A stretch of 64,000 bases of DNA from Lama guanicoe. Lineage: Eukaryota. The DNA is taken from positions 1,613,104 through 1,677,103 of the forward strand of contig MU054098.1 of assembly GCA_013239625.1 (NCBI GenBank), in the 5' to 3' direction. Made by a program: the position numbers and the translations under genes. Within the stretch, counting starts at the first letter, position 1. Each line of letters opens with the position of its first letter. Under the pieces are notes generated by a model. It did not search any database and was not told the DNA's origin. It saw nothing but the letters and a program-made list of their open reading frames with translations. Below are positions 13,672-26,850 of this stretch, piece by piece.

Positions 13672-14625
13672 ATTTTTTTTTCTATTGAGGTATAGTTGAT
13701 GTACAATATTATATAAGTTTCAGTTGCACAACATAGTGATTCACAATTTTAAAGGTTATATTCCATTTATAGTTATTATAAAATATTGGCTATATTCCCT
13801 GTGCGATACAATATATATTTGTAGCTTATTTATGTTATATGTAATAGTTTGTACCTCTTAATCTTCTACTCCTATCCTGCCCCTCCCTGCTTCCCTCTCT
13901 CCACTCATAACCACTAGTTTGTTCTCTATAACTGTAAGTCTGTCTGTTTTGTTATATTCACGTTTGTTTTATTTTTCAGATTCCACATATAAGTGATATC
14001 ATAAAAGTGTTTGTATTTCTCTGTCCGATTTATTTCACTTAGCATAATACCCTCCAAGTCCATCCATGTTGTTGCAAACAGTAAACTTTCTTTATTTTTT
14101 ATGGCCGAGTAGTATTTCATTGTATAGATATATCACATCTTTATCTATTCATCCATCAATAGACACTTAGGTTGATTCCACATCTTGATTATTGTAAATA
14201 ATGCTGCTATGAACATTGGGGTGCGTGTATCTTTTCAAATTAGTGTTTTCATTTTTTTTCAGATAAAAACTCACAAATGGATTTGCTGGATCATATGGTA
14301 GTTCTATTTTTAGTTTTTTGAGAAACCTCCATACTCTTTTCCACAGTGGCTGCACCAATTTGCATTCCCACCAAAAGTGTACAAGGGTTCACTCTCCACA
14401 TCCTCACCAACATTTGTTACTTGTGGTCTTTTTGATGATAGCCATTCTGACAGGTGTGAGGTAATACCTCACTGTGCTTTTAATTTGCATTTCTCTAATA
14501 ATTAATGATGTTGAGTATTTTCTACGTGCCTGTTGGTCATCTGTATAAGATTTTCTTTGGAAAAATGTCTATTCAGTTCTTTGGCCCATTTTTTCAAACA
14601 AGTTGTTAGGTTTTTTTGGTGTTCA
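13672..14625 (-). mobile_element. L1 3' fragment (ORF2 C-terminus and 3' UTR)
   Basis: ORFs 13926-14120(-) MKYYSAIKNKESLLFATTWMDLEGIMLSEI and 14167-14358(-) [25 protein letters not shown]-run at ~13673. Confidence 0.93.
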
Positions 14626-14717
14626 CTTGTATGAGCTATTTATATATTTTGAATATTAATTCTTGAAGCTCTCTCCTCTCTCATTTTCCCATGATTCCCC
14701 ACTTTTCTTGTTTTACC

Positions 14718-15022
14718 TTTTTTTCCTTTTTCAGTTTTATTAGATAGAATTATTAAAGTTCAACTGCACATATACACTATACTGCATGTAAATACATGTA
14801 TACAGTATACTGAACATTTTTTTAGTTTACATATACGTGCTGATCATTGTTTCTAAGAACAGATTAGAGCTTTTAGTTTTTTAAACTTACATAGTTATCA
14901 AAGGAATAAAGCCAACTACAAAATAAGAATCAACAGAATATGGTAATCCAGTCATAAAGGACAGTCAAATGTGCTTACACATATTAAAGAAATCAATGAT
15001 CTAAGTTATAAATAATAAGTAC
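14718..15022 (-). other. Non-canonical 3' terminal segment fused to the adjacent L1, with AATAAA and A-rich tail
   Basis: TTTATT at 14736-14741, T-rich run at 14718-14731; does not resemble the 3' UTRs of the other L1 copies in this window. Confidence 0.6.
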
Positions 15023-16055
15023 TTCATTTGTGTTCTTCTTAATATTTTTTTTAGATTCTTCATATAAATGATGTCATATGGCATTATTTTTTCTCTTTCC
15101 AGCCCACTTCACTTAGAATGACAATCTTCAGGTCCATCTATATTGCTGCAAATGGCATTATTTTATTCTTTTTTTATGGCTGAGTAGTGTTCCATTGTAT
15201 ATACGTACCACATAATATACGTACCTTCTTTATCCAGTCATCTGTTGATGGACATTTGGGTTGTTTCCATGTCTTAGCTACTGTAAATAGTGCTGCTATG
15301 AACATTGGGGTTCATGTGTCTTTTTGAATTTTATTTTTCTCTGGATATATGCCGAGGAGTGGGATTGCTGGATCACATGGTAAGTCTATTTTCAGTTTTT
15401 TAAGGAACCTCCATACTGTCCTCCATAGTGGCTGCACCAATCTATACTCCCAACAACAGTGTAGGAGGGTTCCCTTTTCTCCACACCCTCTCCAGCATTT
15501 ATCATTCATTGACTTATGAATGACAGCCATTCTGACTTGTCTGAGGTGATACCTCATTGTAGTTTTGATTTGCATTTCTCTGACAATTAGCGATGCTGAG
15601 CATTTTTTCGTGTGCCTCTTGGCCATTTATATGTCTTCCTTGGAGAATTGCTTGTTTAGGTCTTCTGCCCATTTTTGGATTGTGTTACTTGTTTCTTTGA
15701 TATTAAGGTATATGGGCTGTTGGCACATTTTGGAAATCAGTCCCTTGTCAGTCACATCACTTGCAAATATTTTCTCTCATTCTGTAGGTTGTCTTTTCAT
15801 TTTGTTGATGGTATCCTTAGCTGTGCAAAAGCTTATAAGTTTAATGAGGTCCCATTTGTTTATTTTTACTTTTATTTCCATTACTCCAGGAGCTGGTTCA
15901 AAAAATATATTGCTGTAATGTATGTCTGCAAGTGTTCTGCCTATGTTTTCTTCTAGGAGTTCTGTAGTATCTGGTCTTACATTTAGGTCTTTAATCCATT
16001 TTCAGTTTATTTTTGTATATGGTGTTAGAGAATGTTCTAATTTCAGTCTTTTACA
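15023..16055 (-). mobile_element. Relatively young L1 ORF2 3' fragment
   Basis: ORF 15312-15626(-) [13 protein letters not shown]...[32 protein letters not shown] (ORF2 cysteine-rich domain). Confidence 0.95.
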
Positions 16056-17906
16056 GTAGATTTACCACTATCAGTCTGATCACAACTGTTTAGTATGTCC
16101 ACATTTCACCATGGGGATCCTCTTTCTCCACACACTTGTATGTAAATCTCCCTAGCCTTGTCCTTTATTCTTTCATTGTTTAAGTTCAAGACCAAGTTTA
16201 TTAGTTCTAGTAGATTTTTAGTGCATTCTTCAAAATATTATATTTATAAGATCATGTCATCTGTAAGTATAGATAGTTTTACTTCTTATTTTCTAAATTG
16301 AGTGCCTTTTATTTCTATTTATTGTCTAATTGCCCTGGCTAAAACCTACAGTACAATGTTCAATAGAAATGGTGAGAGCAGACATTCTTGTCTTGCTCCT
16401 ACTTTTCTGATATCAATGAGGAAGACACTGAATCTTTCAACCCTAAGTATGATGTTAGCTATGGGTTTTCCATAAATGGTCTTTATCAGTTTATGGAAAT
16501 TGTCTTCTAATGAGTTTATTGAGTGTTTGTTATCACAAGAGCTTGCTGGATTTTACCAAATACTTTTTCTGTATCTATTGAAATAATCAGGTGGTTGTAA
16601 CCCTTTAGTCTATTAACACATTGTAAATGAACCTTCCAAAACTTGGATAAATTTCATTTGGTCACGTTATACAATTATTTTATATGTTTCTGGATTCAAG
16701 TTGCTAGTATTTTGTTTAAGATTTTTGTGTGTATATTCATAAGAAATATTTGCCTTTCGTTTTCTTTTTTGTAATATCCTTTTCTGGTTTGGGAATAAGG
16801 GCAATAGAATGAATTTGCAAGGGTTCTTTTCATTATTCATTCATTTGTGATGAAAAATTGTGTTAATTTGTCTTTAAACATTTGATCACATTCACTAGTA
16901 AAGCCATCTTGGGCTTTTCTTTGTGGAAAGTTTTAAAAAACTAACTCATTCTCTTTACTTATATTAGATGTTCTATTTCTTCTTGCGTCACTTATGATAG
17001 CTTGTGCCTCTCTAGAGTTTGAGTATTTCATCTAGGTTATCTAATTAACTGGCATACAATTATTCATAATCGTCCCTTATAATGTAATTTACTTCTGTAA
17101 GATCAGTAATTATGATCTCTTTTCAATTCTCAATTTAATAATTTGAATCTTCTCTCATTTTTCTTGGACAGTCTAGTTTGAGCTTTGTAAATTCTGATGA
17201 TCTCTTCGAAGTGTCAGTTTTTGGTTTTATTGATTCTATTGTTTTTCTATTCTTTAGTTTATGTCTACTCCGTATTATTTATTTTATTCTGCTTGCTTTG
17301 GGTTTAGTTTGCTCTTCTTTTCCAAGTTCCTTGGAGTTTAAAGCTAGCTTGTTGATTTGAGAGATTTCTCCTTTAGTAATGTAGGTATTTACACCTATAA
17401 ATTTTCCTCTGAGCATTACTTTAGCTACATCCCATGTGTTGGCATGTTTTTCATTTTCATTTATCCCAACATTTTCCCTAATTTTCCTTGTGATTCCTTT
17501 TTTAACCCATTGTGGTTTCTGTGTGGTTACCAAGGGGATTATATATAACATTTTAAAGTTATAAAACAATTTATTTTAAACTAATGCAAACCTAACTTCA
17601 ATTGTATACAATATCTCTACTCCTCTACAATTTCACTTCCCCCAACTTTATGTATTGATGTCACCAATTACATCTCTCTGTCTTATGGACTCATTACCAC
17701 AGATTTATACTTATTTCTATGCTTTCATCTTTTAAATTCTGTAGAGGGATAAAAAGTGGAGTTACAAACCAAAATTACAATAAAGTTTTTATATTTGTCC
17801 ATGTATGTACCTTTACTAGAGAATTTCATATTTTCATACGGCTTCAAGTTATTGTCTAGCATAGTGAACTCTTTCAGTTGTTGTTTATCTTGAAACATAT
17901 TAAGTT

Positions 17907-18233
17907 TTATTTATTTATTTGAAGTACATTCAGTTATATTGTGTCAATTTTGGGTATACAGCATAATGTCCCAGTCATGCTCATTTTCATACTCTTTCAT
18001 TAAAGGTTACATTACAAATACTGAATATAGTTCTTTATGCTATATGGAAGAAATTTGTTTTTTATCTATATTTATATATATAGTGGTTACATTTGCAAAT
18101 CTCAAACCGCCAAATTTAACCCTCCCAACCCTCTTTTCCCCAATAACCATAAGATTGTCTACTATGTCTGCAAGTCTGTTTCTGTTTTGTAGATGAGCTC
18201 ATTAGTATCTTTTCTTTTCTTTTCTTTTTTAGA
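17907..18233 (-). mobile_element. Short L1 3' UTR insertion
   Basis: Homologous to 488-830; degenerate 17-bp TSD ttgaaacat[a/c]ttaa[g/t]tt at 17890-17906 and 18234-18250. Confidence 0.88.
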
Positions 18234-18592
18234 TTGAAACATCTTAATTTCTCCCTCATGTTGCAAGGACAATTTTGCAGGATATATAATTCTCAGTTGT
18301 CAGTTGTTTCTTTCTTTTAGCACTTTAAATATAGAAAAGTGCTCTGTCCTCCAAGGTTTCTGCTGAATCTTAAATCCGCCTTGAATCTTTCTGAGAACCT
18401 CTGGTAAGTGACAACTAGTTCTGTTATACTATGTCTTGCTGTGGGTTTCTTTGTGTTCATTTTATTGGGGGGTTTGTTGAGCTTGGATTTATATATCCAT
18501 CTCTTTCTTCAAATTTGGAACATTTTTGGCCATAATTTCTTCAAATAATCTCACTTTTCCTTTCTTTCTTCTCCTTCTGAGATTTCCATAAA

Positions 18593-18870
18593 GCGTCACT
18601 TTACTGAGCTTCACAGATACTGAATTTCTTACAAATTGAAGGTGTGTGGCTACCCTGCATCAAGCAAGTCTATTGGTGTAATTCTTCCAACAGCATTACT
18701 TTTTAATTAAGTATGTGCATTTTTAAGGCATAATCCTATTGCACACATAACAGACTATAGTTTAGTATAAACCTTTTATATGCACTGGGAAATCAAACAA
18801 TTCATGTGACTCACTTTATTCACTTGTAGTGGTCTGGAACAAAACCTGCAATATCTCTGAGGTATGCCTA
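18593..18870. mobile_element. Internally deleted Tigger1 (TcMar) derivative
   Basis: Left-end sequence (ttacaaattgaagg..tgtggc..ccctgcatcaagcaagtctatt) is joined to the right end (gtggtctggaac...caatatctctgaggtatgcct, followed by TA). Confidence 0.88.
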
Positions 18871-20069
18871 TAATGGTCCATTTGATGGTATCTCATAAAT
18901 CTCTTAGCCTTTGTTTACTATGCTTCATTCTTTCTTTTTTCTCCTCAGACTTGATCATTTCAAATGAAACTATTATCAAGTTGGTTGATTTTTTCTTCTG
19001 CCTAAGTCCTCTGTTGAACCCCTCTAATGAATTTTTCAATTCGTTTATTGTATATTTTAGATCCAAAGTCTCTGGTTCTTTTTCATAATTTCATCCCTTT
19101 GTTGATATTATTATTTTGTTCATATATCATTTTCCTAATTTCCTTTAGTTCTTTGTGTTTTCCTTAGCTCTTTGAATATATTTAGGACAGTTGTTTCAAA
19201 GCCCTTGATTGTAAGTCTAAATCGTATGTTTTCTTTAGGGTCATTTTCTGAAGATTAATTTTGTTCCATTGAGTGGATCATGTTTCCCTATTTCTTTGCA
19301 CACACTATGATCTTTCATTGAAAAATGGGCATTGGAAAAGACAACTTTCTTTCTCAGTCTTTGCAGACTAGCTCTGTGTGGGGGAAAATATTCATTAATC
19401 AGTCCAGTATGAAGGCTTAACATCTTCTCATGCCTTTTCTGGTCATGTGTCTTCTCTGGTCCTGGGTGTGTGCATTTTTTCCAGTTCTCCCATATACAAG
19501 GCTGCTTTTAAATGACTTAATTTCCCTAAGTGTCTTGCCTCTGTTTCTTCTTGGGGCCTAAGGTGTTATATTGTATTCCTTTGTTCCTAATTTCTTGATT
19601 TCAGGTGTCCACAGATCTGCAGGCTTCCTGCAACCTCCCTGCGCCACAGCACCTACCACTGCCTTCTGTAGCCTCCAACTTGTGATTCAAGCATTCCTGT
19701 CTGAGTCCTGAGTCAGGTGATTCAGAAACCAGTTCCTTTTTGCAGCCTGTAGACAGGCCAGAATATTGCCAACAGGTTTTGCTCCTTTCTTTCTTTTCTG
19801 AGAGAGAGACAACCAGAAATCGAATCACTTCCTTCTGACCATGCCATATGAGAAAGGAGTGGGACAAGGGCGAGCAGAAATGTCACAAATTTTTCTACTC
19901 TCTTGTATGTGCTTTTTCTTGATTGAGTGTTTGCTTGGTTGTTACAGGTCCCTGGCTGGTCTTCAGAGCTCCCACAAAGCTATCTTAGTCAGTCTGTAGT
20001 TGTTTACTTGATGTTTCCATGGGCAAACGGTCTGGAGATTCTTAGTCTGACATCATACTGACATTTTCT

Positions 20070-20400
20070 GTGTCTGAGCCTTAGGTGTCTCATGTATAAA
20101 ACAGAGACAGTAATACCTTAGTATACAGATTTACATAAGGTAATAACACTTCATATTTATTGAGTATTTACAATATGTTACAATGCTATTGTATATGCAT
20201 AATCCCATTTATTCTACCCTACAACTACATTAGATAGGTTCTCTTATTTCCCCTCTTCACAGATGGAGGAAACCTGAGCCTTGAAGAGTTTATATGATTA
20301 CCCAAGGTCACAGAGAGTTTGGAGCCAAGATTTGAACCTGCATCTACCAGACTTGTCAAAATCCATAATCTTAACCACTATGTCACTACAATGTGTATTG
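20070..20400. mobile_element. MIR fragments
   Basis: acagatggaggaaacctgag...cccaaggtcaca...ggagccaagatttgaacc. Confidence 0.85.
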
Positions 20401-20500
20401 ACGGGATGTTAGTTTCTTTCCTTCCTCCATTCTCTTTCTATTCTAGGGAATGACCACAATGTTGTCAAAATACTGCACAATTTTTTGCAACTGAGAAGAT

Positions 20501-20508
20501 ACACACAC

Positions 20509-20543
<35 letters not shown>
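20501..20543. repeat. (CA)n microsatellite
   Basis: Directly visible, with one interruption. Confidence 0.97.
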
Positions 20544-20546
<3 letters not shown>

Positions 20547-21459
20547 TTTGTCTTTTAACATGTTCTCAATAATGAGAACTGTCAGAAGATAAGAGCATTT
20601 TACAAAAAGACTGTAATTACTTACTACTTAATCTAACACGAATTGCCCCAACAAAATCAGAAGCAAAGTCAAGTTAAAAAAAACATAGAAAGCAGCTTCC
20701 AAATAGAGAATCTGTGTCAATAAAGGAAACCACCAGGGAGCCAATCAGATAGTATGCCTGAGAGCCTGTGGTGAGAAAAAAAATGCAGTAAAGCTGAAAC
20801 GCATGTTTTCACCTGCCAGGTCTATTTGAGGGGGAAGACTGTGAAATGGATCAATTTTAAAAACACAGAAAACATGGGCAATTTAGAACACAATTGCCCT
20901 TTTACCAATTTTACTAATTGTTTCTCTTTTCAGCCAGTCTCTTTATTTCCAAATGTTTGAACGTTCGTGCATGTAAAGAGGCACCCCAAATGCAATTACT
21001 AGACTCAAAATATATAAAATGCATTAGGAGTTAATGTTGCTTTTTATTTGCTGAGGAGACCTCTGATATATGTACACACAGACAAACCATGCCATCACTC
21101 ATAATGCTGAATCTGTCGTATCCAGCCTTCAATATGGCACTGGGAAATTTATGACAGCGACCCATTTTCAGATGTCCCTTTTGGCTTTTCAATTCTACAT
21201 CAATAGCTTTTTCTTTACTGATGATACATGACAGTAGTAGCACTGGCTATTTCAAATTTGCAGAGGAGAAAATAAAAGGAGACTCTATGACCTTTTTGAA
21301 ACATCAAAAAGATTTAAAATACCTCTTATCTTTTTTTGATGACAAAATGCTTAAATTCTTACTAATTCTCAAGGATGATTAAAATCAGGTATGTCCATTT
21401 TTATCACTCTTTCAAAGTGTGATTTTATGAACTGTAAACATTAGAATCAATTCAAGTGC

Positions 21460-21570
21460 TTGTTAAATAGGCCACATTCTAGGCCTATGGAAGCAGTCCA
21501 GGGGTAGGGCCATAGATTCTGTAGTTACAATCCCCCAGGTGAATCTCATGCAATAAAGTTTAAGAATTAC
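21460..21570. mobile_element. MER5-like hAT-Charlie fragment
   Basis: ggggtagggcc...cccccaggtgaatctcatgca..aaagtttaagaa. Confidence 0.55.
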
Positions 21571-21674
21571 CACATGAGAACCCTTGAAGAAACCATAATG
21601 TGTTGTAGAAAAACCACAGTTTTCATCCTAGCCCCACTCTTAAAAGGAATATATTTAACACTAAGTAGAGTTAC

Positions 21675-21880
21675 TGCTTACTGAATATTTCCTATATGCC
21701 AGGCACTACTTTATGATCTCTATATGCATTATCTCATTTAATCCACAAAATACTAGGTAAGGACTACTATTGTCTTCATGTGAGGAAACTGAGGCTCAGG
21801 AGGTTTAAGTACATTTCCCATGGTTATAGCATCAGTAAGAGGCAGAAACCGTATTTGAACATAAATGGCTGATTGAGCCC
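21675..21880. mobile_element. MIR
   Basis: tgccaggcact...atctcatttaatcc...tgaggaaactgaggctcag. Confidence 0.88.
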
Positions 21881-22959
21881 ACTCTCATCACTGCAGTTTA
21901 TTTTGTCTTCAAATATCTAAATATCTGAAGGAGACATTAAAGTTGAAATTTCCAGGAAGTAAAGATGTTCAAGGTTTAAGATGTTCAAAGGAAGTACTGA
22001 GTAAATCGTAACTCTTAGATGGTTTATATGACTTGAAAGAGAATCCCATTCAGTAGCTAGAGGTACAAGAGATAAGGAGCTTATGCTTAGTTCATCTGCA
22101 TTATCAAAAATACACCTATCTTAGAAATAATTTACTCAAGATTTTGCTGAGAGGACTGACAAGGCAGGGACTTATAGGTACAAATTAAAGCACAGTAGAC
22201 CCTTCATATACATGGATTTAACATTTATATTTTTGTCTCTTCACAGGCAGGTCCATGATATACAATAATTTATAATGGAGATCATGAAAATTTATCATAG
22301 GTTTGTGAATATTAAATAATAATATATATAAAATATCATTCACTGAGAGGCAGATGTATGGGAGCAAATCACATAACTAGTGAGTAAATTTAACCACCAA
22401 CCTGGGGTCCATGTTACATTTAGTAGTATTTAAGAATTTAGGGAACCCCAGAGGTCCTATAATCCATCTCTTATGACTATAACAGTTATTTTATAGAAAT
22501 CTTAAAAAGAAAGACTTCACTGAAGACTAGCCCAACAAGAGAGGTTTGGCTATGTCTACAGTTTCAGTTACATCTTAAACACAGTATAAGAGTTGAATAT
22601 GTAAAAAAGGAAACTGGAGGGCATATCAAGAGATATCACCACCATTGGAAAATTTTCCAGTGACCTTACCTATAGCATGAGGAAATCAGATTAGGCTAGC
22701 ACATGAGAACAAAAAACAGATGTTTAAAGATGAAAGAACACTGTGGGGAAGAAAAGTTGAGCATCTACTACGTAATCAGTCCCTACACTGAGGCACTAGC
22801 CATATCTGATTTAATCCTCACGCTGACATTTCGATGTAAGTCTCATTTTTATTTCTATTTTATAGGTTTAAAATTGCCTGTCTCATTCTACACCCCTTAC
22901 TCTTTCCTGTATGCTATATTTCCCTCTTTGGAAGTTCAAAGGTGTTTTGTACCAACTGT

Positions 22960-23830
22960 TGCCAACTCCTAGTCTCATTTGGAGTGTATAAATATACACT
23001 ATAATTTTAGATAATAAGTTCTGTGAAGAAAATGAAATAGAATGTTGTGATAAAGAGTGATTGCAGGTTGGAGATGAGGGACATAAAATAGGGAAACCTC
23101 TCCAAGAATGTAGCATTTGAACTAAAACAGTTAGATGGGGTCAGGTAAGGGAAGATCTAGGAGGAAGCAAAGAGAAATAGTCTGAGCAAGGGCAGTCTCG
23201 CTGAGGTTGAGGACAAGCAGCAAGATAACTGTTTGCATGGTAATTGAATAGGGAAGAGAGTGATAAGAGATAAAGACATATTATACCCGGTCCCATAAAC
23301 TATGAGAAGGAATTTGAATTTTATACTGTGATGAGAAGCCACTGGAGGACTTTAAGCATGGCAGTGTTATGATTTAATTCACATTAAAAATATAAAATTC
23401 TTCTGGATTTTGTGTGCAGAACAGACTGTAAGAGGACAACTGTGAAATCTAGGAAACCTGTTAGAAGACAGTCATACAGAAGAGAGGTGATGGTGGCCTG
23501 GAATAGAGTAAGTGTGGAACTGATAAGATGTAGTTGGATTTGGAAAGTATTTTCAAAGTAGCGCTGATTAAGAAGTGATGATGGATTAGATATAGGGAAT
23601 GAGAAATAAAAATCAAAATTCTGAAAATAGGGGTCTGAAAACTTGAGTAAATTCTATTTCCATTAAGTTGGGTGGAGAAGACTGAGGAGGAAATGGCAAT
23701 ATTGGAAGTGGTGGGGGAGGCAGTGAGGAGTTGAAAACATTTCTAGATGTGTTAAGCTTAAGATGTTTACTGAACATCCAAATGAAGATGTCAAGTAAGT
23801 GGTTGCATATTAAGAGTATGGAGTCAGCCT
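22960..23830. mobile_element. L2 fragment
   Basis: gaagccactggaggactttaagc...gagaggtgatggtggcctgga...catccaaatgaagatgtcaagta. Confidence 0.85.
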
Positions 23831-24104
23831 TTTTCAATACGCTTAAAGCTAAGTGCACCTATCCTCCCCTTATAACCTCAAGCCAATGGGCTAGATAAAA
23901 GGTGATAAAAGATTGCTAGCTTCACATCCATCATGCTACTCTCTGCATCAGAGGGGTAATGAGATGCTTCACATATTGCCATAAAATCCTTTTACAACAC
24001 TGTAATTCATGTTTCTGCCTAGAGCACATCAATAAAGAGCAAGTATGACTTTCAACATCAATACTTTCCTGTACTTGGGTAGGCTATTCCAAAGCTAGCC
24101 ATTT

Positions 24105-24256
24105 TTTCCTTATTTTTCCCAGCTTTATTAAAGTATGATTGACAAATAAAAATTATATGTATCCAGGTTGGACAATGTGATTTTTATACAGTTTTTAAAG
24201 GTTACACTCAATTTATAGTTATTACAAAATATTGGCTATATTCCCCATGTTGTACT
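24105..24256 (-). mobile_element. L1 3' tail fragments
   Basis: agctttattaaagtatgattgacaaataaaaatt; ttttaaaggttacact...aaaatattggctatattcccc. Confidence 0.7.
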
Positions 24257-24389
24257 AGTCATTTCTTAAAAAGCCTAGTATATCTATTGCTAACAGGTAA
24301 CCCCTCAATTTAACAGACCTTCAGATGTGTAAGTACAATTAACAAACGTAGATGGCTTTCACACTGAAGCATGCTATAGTCAAGAAAAA

Positions 24390-24580
24390 ATCAGTTTGGG
24401 CATCAAAATTGGATCTGAATCATGCTGTATTCAAAATGTATGACATAGGGCAACTACTTTAAGCTTTATTTGCCTCATCTATAAAAGAGAGATATTAATA
24501 GTATCTACTGTATAGAGTTGTCATAAGGATGAAATTATATAATCTACGTAAAGCCTTAACATGGTGCTCAGTAAATGCTG
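24390..24580. mobile_element. MIR
   Basis: cctcatctataaaa...gagttgtcataaggatgaaat...gtgctcagtaaatg. Confidence 0.75.
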
Positions 24581-25465
24581 ATTCCCTTTTACTCTTGATA
24601 TTAATTTGAACCAATGCAATTGCTAATATTTGACAATTTACTTATAAAACAGCAATTATAGGTGGTTTTAAAACAGTAAAAAATATGTAAGTCCAGTTCA
24701 CTTGGCAATGGTAGAAACAAATTGGAAGCTATATCCACTACTCAAACCACATGAAGATAAGACCTCTCCCCAAACTGGAGTTAAGCTTTGGGGTGTTTAT
24801 AATGACATTACAGAGTACTCTTATCACACACTTAAATCTATTTTCTAGTCACAGGTAGTTCCTGTGTGCAGAGGACAGGCTAAATTATAGATTGTGAGTA
24901 GAGAGAAGAAGGAAAAAAGAATACTAGGAGCCCAGAAATCAAATATAGACAGTGCGTTCCAATAATATCTATACCAAGTAAACTATCCAGCCACTTTCTT
25001 CTCTTTCTGAAAGACCTAACCACTTCCTTTCAATGACCAACAAGTGGTGCCTCCAAGCTGAGGCATTTTTTAGAATAACGTTTTAAATTCAAGAACAATT
25101 TTAGATTTACAGAAAAACTATGAAAACTACTAAAGCTGATAGAAGAATTCAGCAAGGTAGCAGGTTACAAGCCCAACATTCAAAAATCAGTTGCATTTCT
25201 TTACACTAACGATGAATCAACAGAAAAAGAAAGTAAAGAAACAATTCCTTTTAAAATAGCACCCAAAGTAATAAAATATCTGGGAATAAATCTAACCAAG
25301 GAGGTGAAAGAATTATACACAGAAAACTATAAACCATTGATGAAGGAAATTAAAGAAGACTTTAAAAAATGGAAAGATATCCCATGCTCTTGGATTGGAA
25401 GAATCAATATTGTTAAAATGGTCACACTGCCCAAGGCAATCTACAGATTTAATGCAATCCCTATC

Positions 25466-25777
25466 NNNNNNNNNNNNNNNNNNNNNNNNNNNNNNNNNNN
25501 NNNNNNNNNNNNNNNNNNNNNNNNNNNNNNNNNNNNNNNNNNNNNNNNNNNNNNNNNNNNNNNNNNNNNNNNNNNNNNNNNNNNNNNNNNNNNNNNNNNN
25601 NNNNNNNNNNNNNNNNNNNNNNNNNNNNNNNNNNNNNNNNNNNNNNNNNNNNNNNNNNNNNNNNNNNNNNNNNNNNNNNNNNNNNNNNNNNNNNNNNNNN
25701 NNNNNNNNNNNNNNNNNNNNNNNNNNNNNNNNNNNNNNNNNNNNNNNNNNNNNNNNNNNNNNNNNNNNNNNNNNNNN
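25466..25777. other. Assembly gap (N)
   Basis: N-run. Confidence 1.
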
Positions 25778-25903
25778 TGGTGTTGGGTGGACAGCAGCAT
25801 GGAAAACAATGAAGCTAGAACACTCCCTTACACCACATACAAAAATCAACTCAAAATGGATCAAAGACTTAAACATAAGACAAGATACAATAAACCTAAC
25901 CTC

Positions 25904-26850
25904 NNNNNNNNNNNNNNNNNNNNNNNNNNNNNNNNNNNNNNNNNNNNNNNNNNNNNNNNNNNNNNNNNNNNNNNNNNNNNNNNNNNNNNNNNNNNNNNNN
26001 NNNNNNNNNNNNNNNNNNNNNNNNNNNNNNNNNNNNNNNNNNNNNNNNNNNNNNNNNNNNNNNNNNNNNNNNNNNNNNNNNNNNNNNNNNNNNNNNNNNN
26101 NNNNNNNNNNNNNNNNNNNNNNNNNNNNNNNNNNNNNNNNNNNNNNNNNNNNNNNNNNNNNNNNNNNNNNNNNNNNNNNNNNNNNNNNNNNNNNNNNNNN
26201 NNNNNNNNNNNNNNNNNNNNNNNNNNNNNNNNNNNNNNNNNNNNNNNNNNNNNNNNNNNNNNNNNNNNNNNNNNNNNNNNNNNNNNNNNNNNNNNNNNNN
26301 NNNNNNNNNNNNNNNNNNNNNNNNNNNNNNNNNNNNNNNNNNNNNNNNNNNNNNNNNNNNNNNNNNNNNNNNNNNNNNNNNNNNNNNNNNNNNNNNNNNN
26401 NNNNNNNNNNNNNNNNNNNNNNNNNNNNNNNNNNNNNNNNNNNNNNNNNNNNNNNNNNNNNNNNNNNNNNNNNNNNNNNNNNNNNNNNNNNNNNNNNNNN
26501 NNNNNNNNNNNNNNNNNNNNNNNNNNNNNNNNNNNNNNNNNNNNNNNNNNNNNNNNNNNNNNNNNNNNNNNNNNNNNNNNNNNNNNNNNNNNNNNNNNNN
26601 NNNNNNNNNNNNNNNNNNNNNNNNNNNNNNNNNNNNNNNNNNNNNNNNNNNNNNNNNNNNNNNNNNNNNNNNNNNNNNNNNNNNNNNNNNNNNNNNNNNN
26701 NNNNNNNNNNNNNNNNNNNNNNNNNNNNNNNNNNNNNNNNNNNNNNNNNNNNNNNNNNNNNNNNNNNNNNNNNNNNNNNNNNNNNNNNNNNNNNNNNNNN
26801 NNNNNNNNNNNNNNNNNNNNNNNNNNNNNNNNNNNNNNNNNNNNNNNNNN
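25904..26850. other. Assembly gap (N)
   Basis: N-run. Confidence 1.

Larger units (their letters stand above)
16200..20070 (-). mobile_element. Old fragmented L1M (RT, endonuclease, ORF1 and 5' regions) with nested insertions
   Basis: aagatcatgtcatctgtaa at ~16250 reads a degenerate FADDMIL motif on the minus strand; ORF 17279-17569(-) TWDVAKVMLRGKFIGVNTYI. Confidence 0.85.
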
